Shown here piece by piece: positions 29,013 through 37,908 of a stretch of DNA of 64,000 nt. How positions within the stretch are numbered: the first letter of the stretch is position 1; each line of letters opens with the position of its first letter. Below the pieces are notes generated by a model, which saw only the letters and a program-made list of their open reading frames with translations, was not told the DNA's origin and did no database searches. A program made the position numbers and the translations under genes. This DNA is from a virus: the IMG/VR virus record IMGVR_UViG_3300025413_001393, positions 1-64,000 of that record. One strand, given 5' to 3'.

Positions 29013-29082
29013 TTTATTTGCAATTAATTAAGATTGCTGCTGAAAAAAAATATTAAAACATTAAATAATTTATACAACTATT

Positions 29083-29757
29083 ATGGGACTCAAGTTTCTA
29101 ACCACTGAATTACACGAGGAAATCGATTTCCTTATCGAACAAAAAAACCGTACAGAAGATCCAAAATACTTCTTTACAGGACCTTATATGATGGCTGGAG
29201 CCAAGAATCAAAACGGTCGTGTGTATGATTTAACTGAAATGGTTCGTGAAGTTGATCGTTATTCAAAAGACATGATTGCAACTCGTCGTGCTATCGGTGA
29301 AATGAATCACCCTCAGTCAACTGAAGTTAATCCAGTCAATGCTTGTCACCTTGTTGTAGAGCTTAAGCAAAAAGACAATTACTTTTATGGTAAGTCTCAA
29401 ATTTTAGATACACCTATGGGACAACTTCTCAAGTCTCTTGTTAAAGACAAAATTCAAATGGGTATTTCTACACGTGGTCTTGGTTCATTAACTGAGTCCT
29501 CAGAAGGTAAGAAAGTTTCTAACTTTCACCTTATTTGCTTGGATGTTGTTCATCAGCCTTCAGTTCAAAATGCAATGCTTGAGTCTGTTCTCGAGTCTAA
29601 AGAGTGGATGCTTGACAACGCTGGCAGAATTATTGAAGTATCAGCAAATGCATTCAACAGACTTACAGAAGGGCTCTCGAAGCTTCCAAAGAAAGAAGCT
29701 AATCAATATATTCAAGAGCGTCTAACATTATTCATTGAATCTCTCAAGAGAGCCTAA
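29083..29757 (+). CDS. gp21: Prohead protease (T4 gp21)
   Basis: NQNGRVY, AIGEMNHP (His), GISTRGLGS (Ser), DVVHQPS. Confidence 0.95.
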   Translation: MGLKFLTTELHEEIDFLIEQKNRTEDPKYFFTGPYMMAGAKNQNGRVYDLTEMVREVDRYSKDMIATRRAIGEMNHPQSTEVNPVNACHLVVELKQKDNYFYGKSQILDTPMGQLLKSLVKDKIQMGISTRGLGSLTESSEGKKVSNFHLICLDVVHQPSVQNAMLESVLESKEWMLDNAGRIIEVSANAFNRLTEGLSKLPKKEANQYIQERLTLFIESLKRA

Positions 29758-29768
29758 TAAATAAGAAT

Positions 29769-29912
29769 ATGACACAGGAAGAAAAAGTAAGCGTTAGCGA
29801 TTTTATTTCTCAAATTGCAAGTAAAGATTACAAAAACGCAAACTCAGCACTAGAAAAAACCATTTCTGTCAAACTAAAAGAGCGTATTAGACAGGCTTTG
29901 GCCAAAAATTAA
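29769..29912 (+). CDS. Small prohead core protein, gp67-like (missing from ORF track)
   Basis: MTQEEKVSVSDFISQIASKDYKNANSALEKTISVKLKERIRQALAKN; helical pattern and position between gp21 and gp22. Confidence 0.6.
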   Translation: MTQEEKVSVSDFISQIASKDYKNANSALEKTISVKLKERIRQALAKN

Positions 29913-29940
29913 TAACATTTTAGATAAATAAATTTATAAC

Positions 29941-30912
29941 ATGAACGTAAAATCTATTCTCAACGAACAGTTTCAGGATTTAATTTCTGAAGATACATTA
30001 AACGTAATCGAAGAAGCTTTCAACAAGGCTGTCGATGAAAAGGCTCAAAGCAAAATTGAGATTGAAACAGAAAATGTAAAGATGAAACTTGATGAACATT
30101 ATACAGGCAAGCTTCAAACTGTTATCGAGAAGATTGACGAAGATCACACAGCTAAGCTTCAGAAGCTTGTTGAAGCTATTGATACAGATCACGCTGTTAA
30201 GCTTCAGACCCTTGTTAAGCAAATTGACAAGAAGCACACAGGCATGCTTAAGCAAGTCGTCGAGAAGTACGAGACTGAGCTTGGCGATAAAGCAACAGAA
30301 TTTCAAAACCGTATCGTCGAAGAAGTATCCAACTATATGGATCTTTACCTCGATAAGACAGTTCCAACTGAGCAACTCTCAGAGGCTGTTGAAAACATTA
30401 AGGCAGTTAAACAACTCGAGAAGATCCGTCAGATTGTCGGAATCAGCGAAGAGTTCATTGACAGCGAAGTTAAGGAGGCTCTTATCGATGGCAAAAAGAC
30501 CATTGATTCTCTCAGAGCTGAGCTTAACAAGACATTAAAGGAGAATGTCGATCTTGCACATAAGGCTACTAAGGCTGAAGCTCATATCATTCTTGAGCAA
30601 AAGACTGTAGATATGCCTGCTGCAAAGAAGAACTTTGTAACTAAGCTTCTTAAGAACAAAGCTCCTGAGTATATTGAAGAGAATTTCTCTTATGTTGTTG
30701 ATATGTTCAACAAAGAATCTCAAGAGGAACTTGACGTGATCAAAGAGTCCGTTAAGAAAGAATTTGTAAAGGCTCCTACGATTGACCGCCCTGAGGTTAT
30801 CGAGGAAGCAAGAAATTTTAGTAATGAGGTTGAGCGCAGTGTTGCAAGTGACGACATCAGCGGCTATCTGAACGAGATGAAGAAAATTAGTGGATCAAGA
30901 TTCACTAGATAA
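29941..30912 (+). CDS. gp22: Prohead core scaffold protein (T4 gp22)
   Basis: Coiled-coil, Glu/Lys-rich, IEEAFNKAV; between gp21 and gp23; GATAAATA at 29923-29930. Confidence 0.85.
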   Translation: MNVKSILNEQFQDLISEDTLNVIEEAFNKAVDEKAQSKIEIETENVKMKLDEHYTGKLQTVIEKIDEDHTAKLQKLVEAIDTDHAVKLQTLVKQIDKKHTGMLKQVVEKYETELGDKATEFQNRIVEEVSNYMDLYLDKTVPTEQLSEAVENIKAVKQLEKIRQIVGISEEFIDSEVKEALIDGKKTIDSLRAELNKTLKENVDLAHKATKAEAHIILEQKTVDMPAAKKNFVTKLLKNKAPEYIEENFSYVVDMFNKESQEELDVIKESVKKEFVKAPTIDRPEVIEEARNFSNEVERSVASDDISGYLNEMKKISGSRFTR

Positions 30913-30946
30913 TTCATTCTCAAAGTAACAAAGGAAAACAAAAACT

Positions 30947-32410
30947 ATGGCTAACATCATGCACATCAATAGAGATTCTGCTGAACAACTAGTTGAAAAG
31001 TGGAGTCCAATCTTGGATTTCACTTCAGACAAAGTTGCTCCTATCTCGAATGACAACACTCGCTTAAACACAGCGATTCTTCTGGAAAACCAGCAGAATT
31101 ACTTCTTAAGTGAGCAAAACTCTGCTTCCACAGGTGGCGTATTTGGCTCACAGCAGGGAACTGCAACAACGTTCTCGGGTGACCACTATGCTTCAGGTGA
31201 TGCTCGTCTGCCCAAAGTTCTTATCCCAATGATTCGTCGTACATTCCCCGAGCTCATCACAAATGAGATCGTTGGTGTACAGCCGATGACTGGGCCTGTT
31301 GGTCTTGCTTTCGCAATGCGTTATAAGTACGATGCCGCCCCTCTTGGTGGTTCATACAATGGCGGCGACGGAGCTCTTGGCTCCGCTAGTGCTACCGGTG
31401 GTAACACCGCTACATCAGATGGCAAGGAACTTGGTTACAACTACCTGAACACAGCCTTCACAGGCGCTTCAAGTGCTGCCCTCTCCGGTAACGGTCAGTG
31501 GGACGGACTTGTTGAAGATTCAGGCGTTGGAGCCTTGATCAGCCAATTTGAACTTAGCTCGAACATCCCTCAGATCACTGTTTCATTCGAAAAGACCGCC
31601 GTCGAAGCTCTCACAAGACGCCTCGCCGCTAAGTGGTCGGTAGAACTTGAGCAAGATCTTAAGAACATGAACGGTATCGATATCGATTCCGAGCTTACAA
31701 ACGCTATGTCCTACGAAATTCAGGCTGAAATCGACCGCGAAATGATCGCGCGTATGATCCAAGTCTGTCTGAACGCTGGGGCTGGAGTTGGTTATTCCAC
31801 ATGGTCTGCCGTGTCCGCTGACGCTCGTTGGTCAGCTGAGCGCGCTCGTGACTTCTACAACAGAATTGTTGTTGAAGCTAACCGCGTCGCGATTCGCAAT
31901 CGCCGTGGTGCTGCTAATTTCATTATTGCAACACCTCGTATTTGCGCAATCCTCGAGACTCTGCCTAACTTCACTTGGCAGCCAGTCACAGGCAATGTGA
32001 ATACCGCACCCGTTGGTATTGCAAAGGTCGGTTCGGTCGGTGGTCGTTTCCAAATCTACAGAGATACTCGTACAGAAGCTCAGCTCAACAGCCCCGGTAC
32101 AAATGATGCCGGTTTCTACGGCACCAACCAAGGTGGCGGTTATGCAACAGCTCGTACAGCTCCTGTCGATTACGCTCTCCTAGGTTATAAGGGTACAGAA
32201 TACTACGACAGTGGTATCCTATATTGCCCATATATCCCTGTAATGGTACAGCGTACAATTGGACCAAACGACTTCGCTCCTAGAGTAGGTCTCCTTACAA
32301 GATACGGAGTAGTTGATCACATTTTCGGTGCATCACTCTACTACCACCTTGTAATCTGCACCGGTCTTGGAACATCGTTCAAACCAGGTCAAGCTGCAAC
32401 TTATCTGTAA
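30947..32410 (+). CDS. gp23: Major capsid protein (T4 gp23)
   Basis: EKWSPIL, LLENQ, LIPMIRRTFP, VGVQPMTGPVGLAFAMR, LAAKWSVELEQDLK, EIQAEIDRE, YCPYIP, GLLTRYG. AAGGA SD-like at 30931-30935. Confidence 0.98.
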   Translation: MANIMHINRDSAEQLVEKWSPILDFTSDKVAPISNDNTRLNTAILLENQQNYFLSEQNSASTGGVFGSQQGTATTFSGDHYASGDARLPKVLIPMIRRTFPELITNEIVGVQPMTGPVGLAFAMRYKYDAAPLGGSYNGGDGALGSASATGGNTATSDGKELGYNYLNTAFTGASSAALSGNGQWDGLVEDSGVGALISQFELSSNIPQITVSFEKTAVEALTRRLAAKWSVELEQDLKNMNGIDIDSELTNAMSYEIQAEIDREMIARMIQVCLNAGAGVGYSTWSAVSADARWSAERARDFYNRIVVEANRVAIRNRRGAANFIIATPRICAILETLPNFTWQPVTGNVNTAPVGIAKVGSVGGRFQIYRDTRTEAQLNSPGTNDAGFYGTNQGGGYATARTAPVDYALLGYKGTEYYDSGILYCPYIPVMVQRTIGPNDFAPRVGLLTRYGVVDHIFGASLYYHLVICTGLGTSFKPGQAATYL

Positions 32411-32434
32411 TCTTACAGAAGTTCACAAGGACTC

Positions 32435-32472
32435 AAAAGAGACCCCGATCGAAAGATCGGGGTTTTCTTTTT
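32435..32472 (+). terminator. Rho-independent terminator after gp23 (probably bidirectional)
   Basis: ACCCCGATC-GAAA-GATCGGGGT followed by TTTCTTTTT, with an A-tract in front. Confidence 0.9.
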
Positions 32473-32497
32473 ATATAAATGGACATAATTAGAGTAT

Positions 32498-32632
32498 ATG
32501 AGTACAGGTGCAGGAAAAGGTCCAAAACAACGTCCAACAGATTTCAAAGCTTACAAAGAAAACTTTCCCAAGACTACCAACAAGGTAGAAGGGTTTGTCC
32601 TTAAAAAAGGTAAGCTAACTAAGAAGTACTAA
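32498..32632 (+). CDS. 44-aa basic hypothetical protein (missing from ORF track)
   Basis: MSTGAGKGPKQRPTDFKAYKENFPKTTNKVEGFVLKKGKLTKKY; fills the gap up to a convergent stop. Confidence 0.55.
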   Translation: MSTGAGKGPKQRPTDFKAYKENFPKTTNKVEGFVLKKGKLTKKY

Positions 32633-32991
32633 GCTACAGATAGCTCTAGTATCTTATTGAAGTAAGAAGAAGATACCTTCTCAGGTATTTTAGGCAATGT
32701 CTTTACATTGAGTGACTTCAATCTATAATCAAAATACATAAGACCTTCTTCTTTATGATTCTCTACTCTAAAAGGAATAGGAATTTCAAAGTTCTCTCTC
32801 ACGTTCTTATCAGACATTAACGATATCTGAATATAATAATGTATTCTTCTAAAGAGAATTAGTCTTCCTTTTTTAACAACCTTATCTCCGATAGAAAATA
32901 CTACTTGCTTTTGCAGACAAGTAAGTAAAAACGGTTCACCAGGTACTTGATCGAAGCTGATAATAGTTGGAGCAAAGATATGAGAGTTCAT
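32629..32991 (-). CDS. Hypothetical protein
   Basis: 120-aa ORF, ATGA-type overlap with the upstream gene. Confidence 0.55.
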   Translation of the reverse strand: MNSHIFAPTIISFDQVPGEPFLLTCLQKQVVFSIGDKVVKKGRLILFRRIHYYIQISLMSDKNVRENFEIPIPFRVENHKEEGLMYFDYRLKSLNVKTLPKIPEKVSSSYFNKILELSVA

Positions 32992-33374
32992 GTGTTGTTA
33001 AAAGCTGATTTTTGTGCAGAAGACATATTCAATAGTCTTTCGTTAAAGTATTTCCAAAATGGTAACGGATCCGGAGAACATTTAATGACAGCAATAACTT
33101 CTACATCGTCACAATTAATCATTCTCCAGTTTTGTAAAAATATATCCCATGCTACAACTAGGTTCTTTGCTGCAGGTTGATATCTAAGTCTTCCAGTAGG
33201 ATCTTTATAGTTAAGAATGTTTTTACCAGGAGTTGATCGAAGAAGCCCCATATCTTTTGTACAGAGCATTCTTCGATAATCCTTATAACCTGGTTTGTTT
33301 ATGCGTCTACGAAAACGGAGTTCAACAGCATTAGTGCCTAGTAATAGTTCTAATGATGAACGTCCGAGAATCAT
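32988..33374 (-). CDS. DUF2693/SH3-like phage protein
   Basis: VELRFRRR...RRMLCT...WDIFLQNWRMIN. Confidence 0.55.
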   Translation of the reverse strand: MILGRSSLELLLGTNAVELRFRRRINKPGYKDYRRMLCTKDMGLLRSTPGKNILNYKDPTGRLRYQPAAKNLVVAWDIFLQNWRMINCDDVEVIAVIKCSPDPLPFWKYFNERLLNMSSAQKSAFNNT

Positions 33375-33760
33375 TACTTAGAAGGCTTAACGATACCAAA
33401 TATTCTCTGTTCATTAAGGAACACAATAGTCTTTCCGTCCTTTTGAATAGCAATTAGACCTTTATCTCCTGGAAACATTACGCATTGATCTTTCTTAACT
33501 TGTCTACAATCTGGTCCAGCAAGAATAACCTTACCAATACGCCAAGCCTTTTGATCTACTACTTGGTTTGGAAGAATAATACCGTTACGAACAAGTGATT
33601 TGCCATCCTCTGCAACGTCTACATATTCTACCTGAATTACATCTCCAAGAAGTTCTACAACATCATAGTCTTCTGGAAGAGGACAGTTTTTGTAAGCATC
33701 GATGTTAGCAAGACCGTTGTTTTCTCTTGCTGCGTTATATTGGTTTTGTGCAATTGACAT
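33374..33760 (-). CDS. groES: GroES-like co-chaperonin
   Basis: LGDVIQVE, NGIILP, GKVILAGP...VKKDQCVMFP, FLNEQRIFG. Confidence 0.75.
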   Translation of the reverse strand: MSIAQNQYNAARENNGLANIDAYKNCPLPEDYDVVELLGDVIQVEYVDVAEDGKSLVRNGIILPNQVVDQKAWRIGKVILAGPDCRQVKKDQCVMFPGDKGLIAIQKDGKTIVFLNEQRIFGIVKPSK

Positions 33761-33781
33761 AACAATAACTTATCATACATT

Positions 33782-34135
33782 TTATGTTAGATCAAGCTGT
33801 AAAGACAGTAAATTAGCAATCTCTCTTTTAGATAGCTCGTGATTAATTGCATGCATTCTAAGAGTTTTGTCTTCTTCCGTTTGCTCTTCTTTTATCTTCT
33901 TAATATATTTCATATTAGGCAATGATTTCATTTTAGGAAACATGGCAATCATTGTTTTATAATGAAGCTCTTTGCTTTCAAGAAGTACTTGCATATTTGC
34001 CGAATTCATATAAGCAGCAACATCCGGATTAATAAAACTTAACCACCTTGTAACAAGATAAGGAACGTACTCATCAAGAGATAAGTCTCCTTTCTTTGTA
34101 ATGATTATATCTTTTAGATAATCAAAAATTGTCAT
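33782..34135 (-). CDS. gp62: Clamp-loader small subunit (T4 gp62 family)
   Basis: MTIFDYLKDI..KK...YVPYLVTRWLS, KYIKK, ELSKRE. Start taken at ATG 34135. Confidence 0.7.
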   Translation of the reverse strand: MTIFDYLKDIIITKKGDLSLDEYVPYLVTRWLSFINPDVAAYMNSANMQVLLESKELHYKTMIAMFPKMKSLPNMKYIKKIKEEQTEEDKTLRMHAINHELSKREIANLLSLQLDLT

Positions 34136-34652
34136 GCTGTGTTTCAACAAAAATAGAATGAGCTAAAAATGTGAAACACTCTACAGCCTTTTGTTTAAAA
34201 CTATCCATCTTTTCTTGATTAAAAGATAATTTATAAAAACCTTCATTATCTCCATCAAGAGAAAATATAAAATGCATAAGCATAGAATCTTTGACTCTAT
34301 TTAAAATACTAATATTTGCTTGTGTATCTCCTTGCACAATAATGTTATTACCATCCACATAACATTCAACTTCAAATGTTTGAGCAAATAATGATCCTAA
34401 TTGAGCTGCATACAAACGTTGAAAACAAACTCCTCCGTAAATGTTGGAATTAGGAATCTCAATTGCAAGTACTAAGGAATTACCAAAATCGAGAGCTCCT
34501 ATTTTTGTAGGATATTCAAACGCAATAATATTGCCAAAAGGAGATATTTTATCTCTAAAAAGATAATACGAAAATCTCTTCTTAACAAGTTCGCAACTAT
34601 AAACAGGAGTCTCTCCCATTATGTGCTTTGTCTGTTCTTCTGTTAGTATCAT
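34122..34652 (-). CDS. Divergent DUF366-like protein (BPL/LplA/class II aaRS-like fold)
   Basis: Y...L...RFSY..FRDKISPFGNIIAF, IEIP...GGVCFQRL, VDGNNIIV, NISI, MHF follow the DUF366 motif order. ATG 34652 overlaps the GT stop (ATGA). Confidence 0.55.
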   Translation of the reverse strand: MILTEEQTKHIMGETPVYSCELVKKRFSYYLFRDKISPFGNIIAFEYPTKIGALDFGNSLVLAIEIPNSNIYGGVCFQRLYAAQLGSLFAQTFEVECYVDGNNIIVQGDTQANISILNRVKDSMLMHFIFSLDGDNEGFYKLSFNQEKMDSFKQKAVECFTFLAHSIFVETQHDNF

Positions 34653-35320
34653 TTGCAATATGTTTCCTTAAATTTGATGTTCGCTTCTTCCCACTCTTTT
34701 GTCAACATAGAATCTCCAAGTCCATGATGAACGATTCTAATTGGAAGCACGCCACAAGTAACTTTTTTCTCATTTGCTCTCATACAAAAAGCAAGATCAT
34801 AAAAATGAAAATTAAAAGCTTCATCAAAATACAATTCGTTTTCAACTGCGTCTCTTACCTTAACAGCAAGAAACACACCATCTAGTGTAAGAGCTCTTGA
34901 GTTAGTTGGACCAAAGCATGTAGTCCATACATTGCCTTTGCTGCTATGAGCAACTTCCCCAACATAATCTTCTCTCTTAGAGGCAAGATGCCAGGCAAGC
35001 TTGTCGAGGCTGGTATTGAACGTTTTAGCGCCTGCTAGGCCTGTTATAGAATATGGACTATTAAAAAGCTTTTCTACTAAAAAGGCATCTTCTAGTTCCA
35101 CATCATCGTGAACAAACAAAACAACTTTGTCAATGTTTTCAGGATCCTTAAGAATTTCATTATAGCATGTTGAAAGCCCTCTTGTATTATCCTTAAACAA
35201 ATGAAAATTTACATCGTACCTTTCTTCATAATGATGCATAAGGCTCTTATACAAAGGCCTAGTTTCAAAGTCTTCAATAGACTTAGCTTTTGTGCAAGCA
35301 ACGATTAATAATTCACTCAT
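34649..35320 (-). CDS. GT2-like glycosyltransferase
   Basis: GLSTCYN, LFVHDDV (DxD), GLAGA, TLDGVFL, FDEAFNFHFYDL, IVHHGLG. Confidence 0.8.
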   Translation of the reverse strand: MSELLIVACTKAKSIEDFETRPLYKSLMHHYEERYDVNFHLFKDNTRGLSTCYNEILKDPENIDKVVLFVHDDVELEDAFLVEKLFNSPYSITGLAGAKTFNTSLDKLAWHLASKREDYVGEVAHSSKGNVWTTCFGPTNSRALTLDGVFLAVKVRDAVENELYFDEAFNFHFYDLAFCMRANEKKVTCGVLPIRIVHHGLGDSMLTKEWEEANIKFKETYCK

Positions 35321-36108
35321 ATTTTGTTATACTTTGTTTTAAGATAGTTGATATTCTTTATAGCTAACTCAGTTTGTTCGTGTGTCAAACGAGTATTAAA
35401 ATAATCGTTAGTTGTTGGAATACGAGTAGTATCTCCACTCTCAAAACTAATACCATTAATTGCTGCAAGCACCGTATAACAACTATCGGAACTACGAATG
35501 TTTGGAATTTTGTTGTTTAGATAAAAATCAAACTCTGTGTGTTCTCCCATTCCAAGTAAATGAACAGACTTCAATAGCCAACCTCTCTTATACAATTCGT
35601 CAACACATTGATTTCTCGAAGAAGCTATTTGTGTATCTCCAGTTGCATTGTTCCAACATTTTGGAACAGCAATCTTACTAAGACCAATAGTACTACAATC
35701 TCCATCCGTTATCATCTTATAATAACAATCCATCCATTCTTGTTTGGTATTGCCTTGTGGACAAGCAAATATCTTAGTATGTTGAAGCAAACCTCTAATG
35801 GACATCTTCATCTTGAATGAATAATAATTCATTAATGTCTGAACTGTATCAAACAAAACATCTGGAGCAATAACTTCATTTGGTTTAAGCTCTTTAACAA
35901 CCTCCATCAGCTGATCTTCTGTTACAAGACTATCCTCTGCAGCTCCGTTATCAAGAGTTATCCAAGCATCTGGTTTAGTTCGTCTTATTTGCTGAAAGAA
36001 CCATCTATACGTTTCATCGTTCAGATAATGGTGACACAATACAAAGTATCTGTCCCCGTGACCAGTTAAAGCCAATTCAGTATTAGGAGGAATGAGATAA
36101 AAATCCAT
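35317..36108 (-). CDS. TGT/DpdA-like TIM-barrel transglycosylase
   Basis: Motifs in TGT order: LDNG (D53), APDV (D83), CPQG, IGLS, HLLGM, RSSDS (D208). Confidence 0.7.
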   Translation of the reverse strand: MDFYLIPPNTELALTGHGDRYFVLCHHYLNDETYRWFFQQIRRTKPDAWITLDNGAAEDSLVTEDQLMEVVKELKPNEVIAPDVLFDTVQTLMNYYSFKMKMSIRGLLQHTKIFACPQGNTKQEWMDCYYKMITDGDCSTIGLSKIAVPKCWNNATGDTQIASSRNQCVDELYKRGWLLKSVHLLGMGEHTEFDFYLNNKIPNIRSSDSCYTVLAAINGISFESGDTTRIPTTNDYFNTRLTHEQTELAIKNINYLKTKYNKI

Positions 36109-36122
36109 AGGTATAATTTAGC

Positions 36123-36554
36123 TTACTTTGAATCTTTTTCAAGTATGTATTTCTTCACTTCTAAGATACCAAGATTAATATCTCCCTGCTCTGCATCTTC
36201 AAAAGATTGACTATCTCCTTCTCGAGCTCTTTCATCATATCTACGTTTACGTTCATTTTGAGGACACTCAATCCACAAAACGGTTGCATCAGGAAATGCT
36301 TGCAAAATTTCTTTCTGTCTTACACCAGATACAACAAGTTGCTTTGGATTATTAAACGTAGAAAGTAAACGAAGATGTCCAATAATCTCGTTGAACATAT
36401 GCTTTGAATCTTGAAGCTTTTCTCTATCTACGGTTTTTTTCAAACCTCTTACAATATCTCCAACCTCAACAAAAACACAATCACTAATCTGACTTAGTGT
36501 TTTTGAATACAGAGTTTTACCACTACAAAGTTGACCACAAACAAATGATATCAT
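36123..36554 (-). CDS. P-loop nucleoside monophosphate kinase-like protein
   Basis: GQLCSGKT, VGDIVR, VSGVR, IECP...RKRRYDERAREGD (lid-like). Confidence 0.7.
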   Translation of the reverse strand: MISFVCGQLCSGKTLYSKTLSQISDCVFVEVGDIVRGLKKTVDREKLQDSKHMFNEIIGHLRLLSTFNNPKQLVVSGVRQKEILQAFPDATVLWIECPQNERKRRYDERAREGDSQSFEDAEQGDINLGILEVKKYILEKDSK

Positions 36555-36590
36555 TTTTAAAATATATATTAAAATTAATAAAATTCAAGA

Positions 36591-37232
36591 CTAATTATCC
36601 CAGCCTAATGCTTCAGAAATACTAGGAAACTCCTTAACAAAAATGTTTTTAATTTCCACAGCCACATCTCTATGCTCCTTTTGCGTCAACTCATCACAAC
36701 GTATTTGCAAATAATGTATCCAAGATCGGACTGTCCCGTGCATAATTACCGTTGTCGATGTATTAAGAGGAAGAATCATCCGAGCGCATTCCTTTGCAAG
36801 ACCAGCGGAAATAAGATCATCGTAAAGAGCAAGTGAGTTTTGTTGTATAAATTCTACCTTCAATTTTAGCTCGGGGCTCAAATCTACTTCAGTATCTCCT
36901 ACCTGTCTATTAGTTTTTCCTTGCAATCTCCATTCGATATCTTCAAGCTCGGTTGCTGTAGAATATCTTTGTGAAAATTCTTGAAACGAAAAACTTCTAT
37001 GTCTAAGAATTTGTGCAGCAATAGCTCGAGATGTTTTAATCTCGAATCCTACGCTGACCATCTCAAATGGCGAAAAGTGTTTATGGGTAATTAGATACTT
37101 TAACAGTTTTGGAGCTGTTTCGGTATTAAATTGGTTCGAAGGATTACTTACTCTTGCACAGTACGTAATCAATTCTTCTGCATTATTAATTCCTTTAACT
37201 AAAGGAGTAGAAATAGATATTAGCTTTACCAT
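36591..37232 (-). CDS. thyX: Flavin-dependent thymidylate synthase
   Basis: HFSPFE, QILRHRSFSFQEFSQRY (RHRx7S motif), KECARMILP, HQKEHR-like TQKEHR. Confidence 0.97.
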   Translation of the reverse strand: MVKLISISTPLVKGINNAEELITYCARVSNPSNQFNTETAPKLLKYLITHKHFSPFEMVSVGFEIKTSRAIAAQILRHRSFSFQEFSQRYSTATELEDIEWRLQGKTNRQVGDTEVDLSPELKLKVEFIQQNSLALYDDLISAGLAKECARMILPLNTSTTVIMHGTVRSWIHYLQIRCDELTQKEHRDVAVEIKNIFVKEFPSISEALGWDN

Positions 37233-37570
37233 TTGTAGTAGACGCGACCTCCATTTTCATTATCTTCGAGAACTTCGACCATATCACATTTGAATAGACC
37301 TCCAATCTGTTGTGCTAACATCTCGCACGACATTGCTCCAAGATTGCCTTGATAATATTGATCCAACCATTTAAGGATCTGCTGTTTAAAATCAATAATT
37401 TCAATGTCACGATCTTGGTGAGTTACTGTCTTTTCGCAAGTAATATGAAAAATATGTCTGTGAGGATACTGAAGGAAATGGACATGAGGCTTATCAGGAA
37501 TAGCCTCTGCTACTCCTGGCCAGTTGTGAAGAGCTTCGTATTGGAGTTTAACGATAATAGTTGTTCGCAT
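37226..37570 (-). CDS. QueD-like T-fold protein, DpdL-like
   Basis: EALHNWP, FLQYPHRHIFH, DRDIEIIDFK, MSCEMLA, EVLEDNENGG; lacks the QueD C..LHGH motif. Start at ATG 37570, 6 nt after TATACT. Confidence 0.65.
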   Translation of the reverse strand: MRTTIIVKLQYEALHNWPGVAEAIPDKPHVHFLQYPHRHIFHITCEKTVTHQDRDIEIIDFKQQILKWLDQYYQGNLGAMSCEMLAQQIGGLFKCDMVEVLEDNENGGRVYYKW

Positions 37571-37586
37571 ATATGCAGTATACAAT

Positions 37587-37625
37587 AAAAAAGGCCCCTC
37601 ACAACATTAAAGTCGTAAGGGGCCT
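37587..37625 (-). terminator. Rho-independent terminator
   Basis: Minus strand AGGCCCCTTACGAC-TTTAAT-GTTGTGAGGGGCCT then a T-tract; 14-bp stem with G-U pairs. Confidence 0.85.
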
Positions 37626-37640
37626 AAATTAAGCCAATTC

Positions 37641-37868
37641 TTAGGCAGCTACTGCAGCAAAACGGCCCTGCTTGTCGCGAACGTTGTAATAACGAGGACG
37701 AAGAACGACGTCGTTAGTGCGGTCGAGGAATCCGAGGAAGTCGTACTTGCTCTGATTGAGGTTACGAGCAATCATCTTGATCTTAGCTGTCGTGGACAGA
37801 CCAGAGCTGATGTTGTTCTTGCCGGTGATAGCCGTAATTGGCTTAATGTACGTGTTGTTTGTATTCAT
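37641..37868 (-). CDS. Small basic hypothetical protein
   Basis: 75 aa, ends RDKQGRFAAVAA; biased codon use; TTGACA upstream and its own terminator. Confidence 0.6.
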   Translation of the reverse strand: MNTNNTYIKPITAITGKNNISSGLSTTAKIKMIARNLNQSKYDFLGFLDRTNDVVLRPRYYNVRDKQGRFAAVAA

Positions 37869-37908
37869 CGAGGTACATATTCTTATATATCACTCGATAT
37901 GTCAACAG

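Noticed and set aside
35317-36108. Calling this gene tRNA-guanine transglycosylase tgt
   Set aside because: Much shorter than bacterial Tgt, with no C-terminal CxCxxC...H zinc site; the context favours DNA or nucleotide substrates.
37226-37570. Calling this gene canonical queD
   Set aside because: It lacks the catalytic Cys before HGH and has HRH and SCE instead, so it is treated as DpdL-like.
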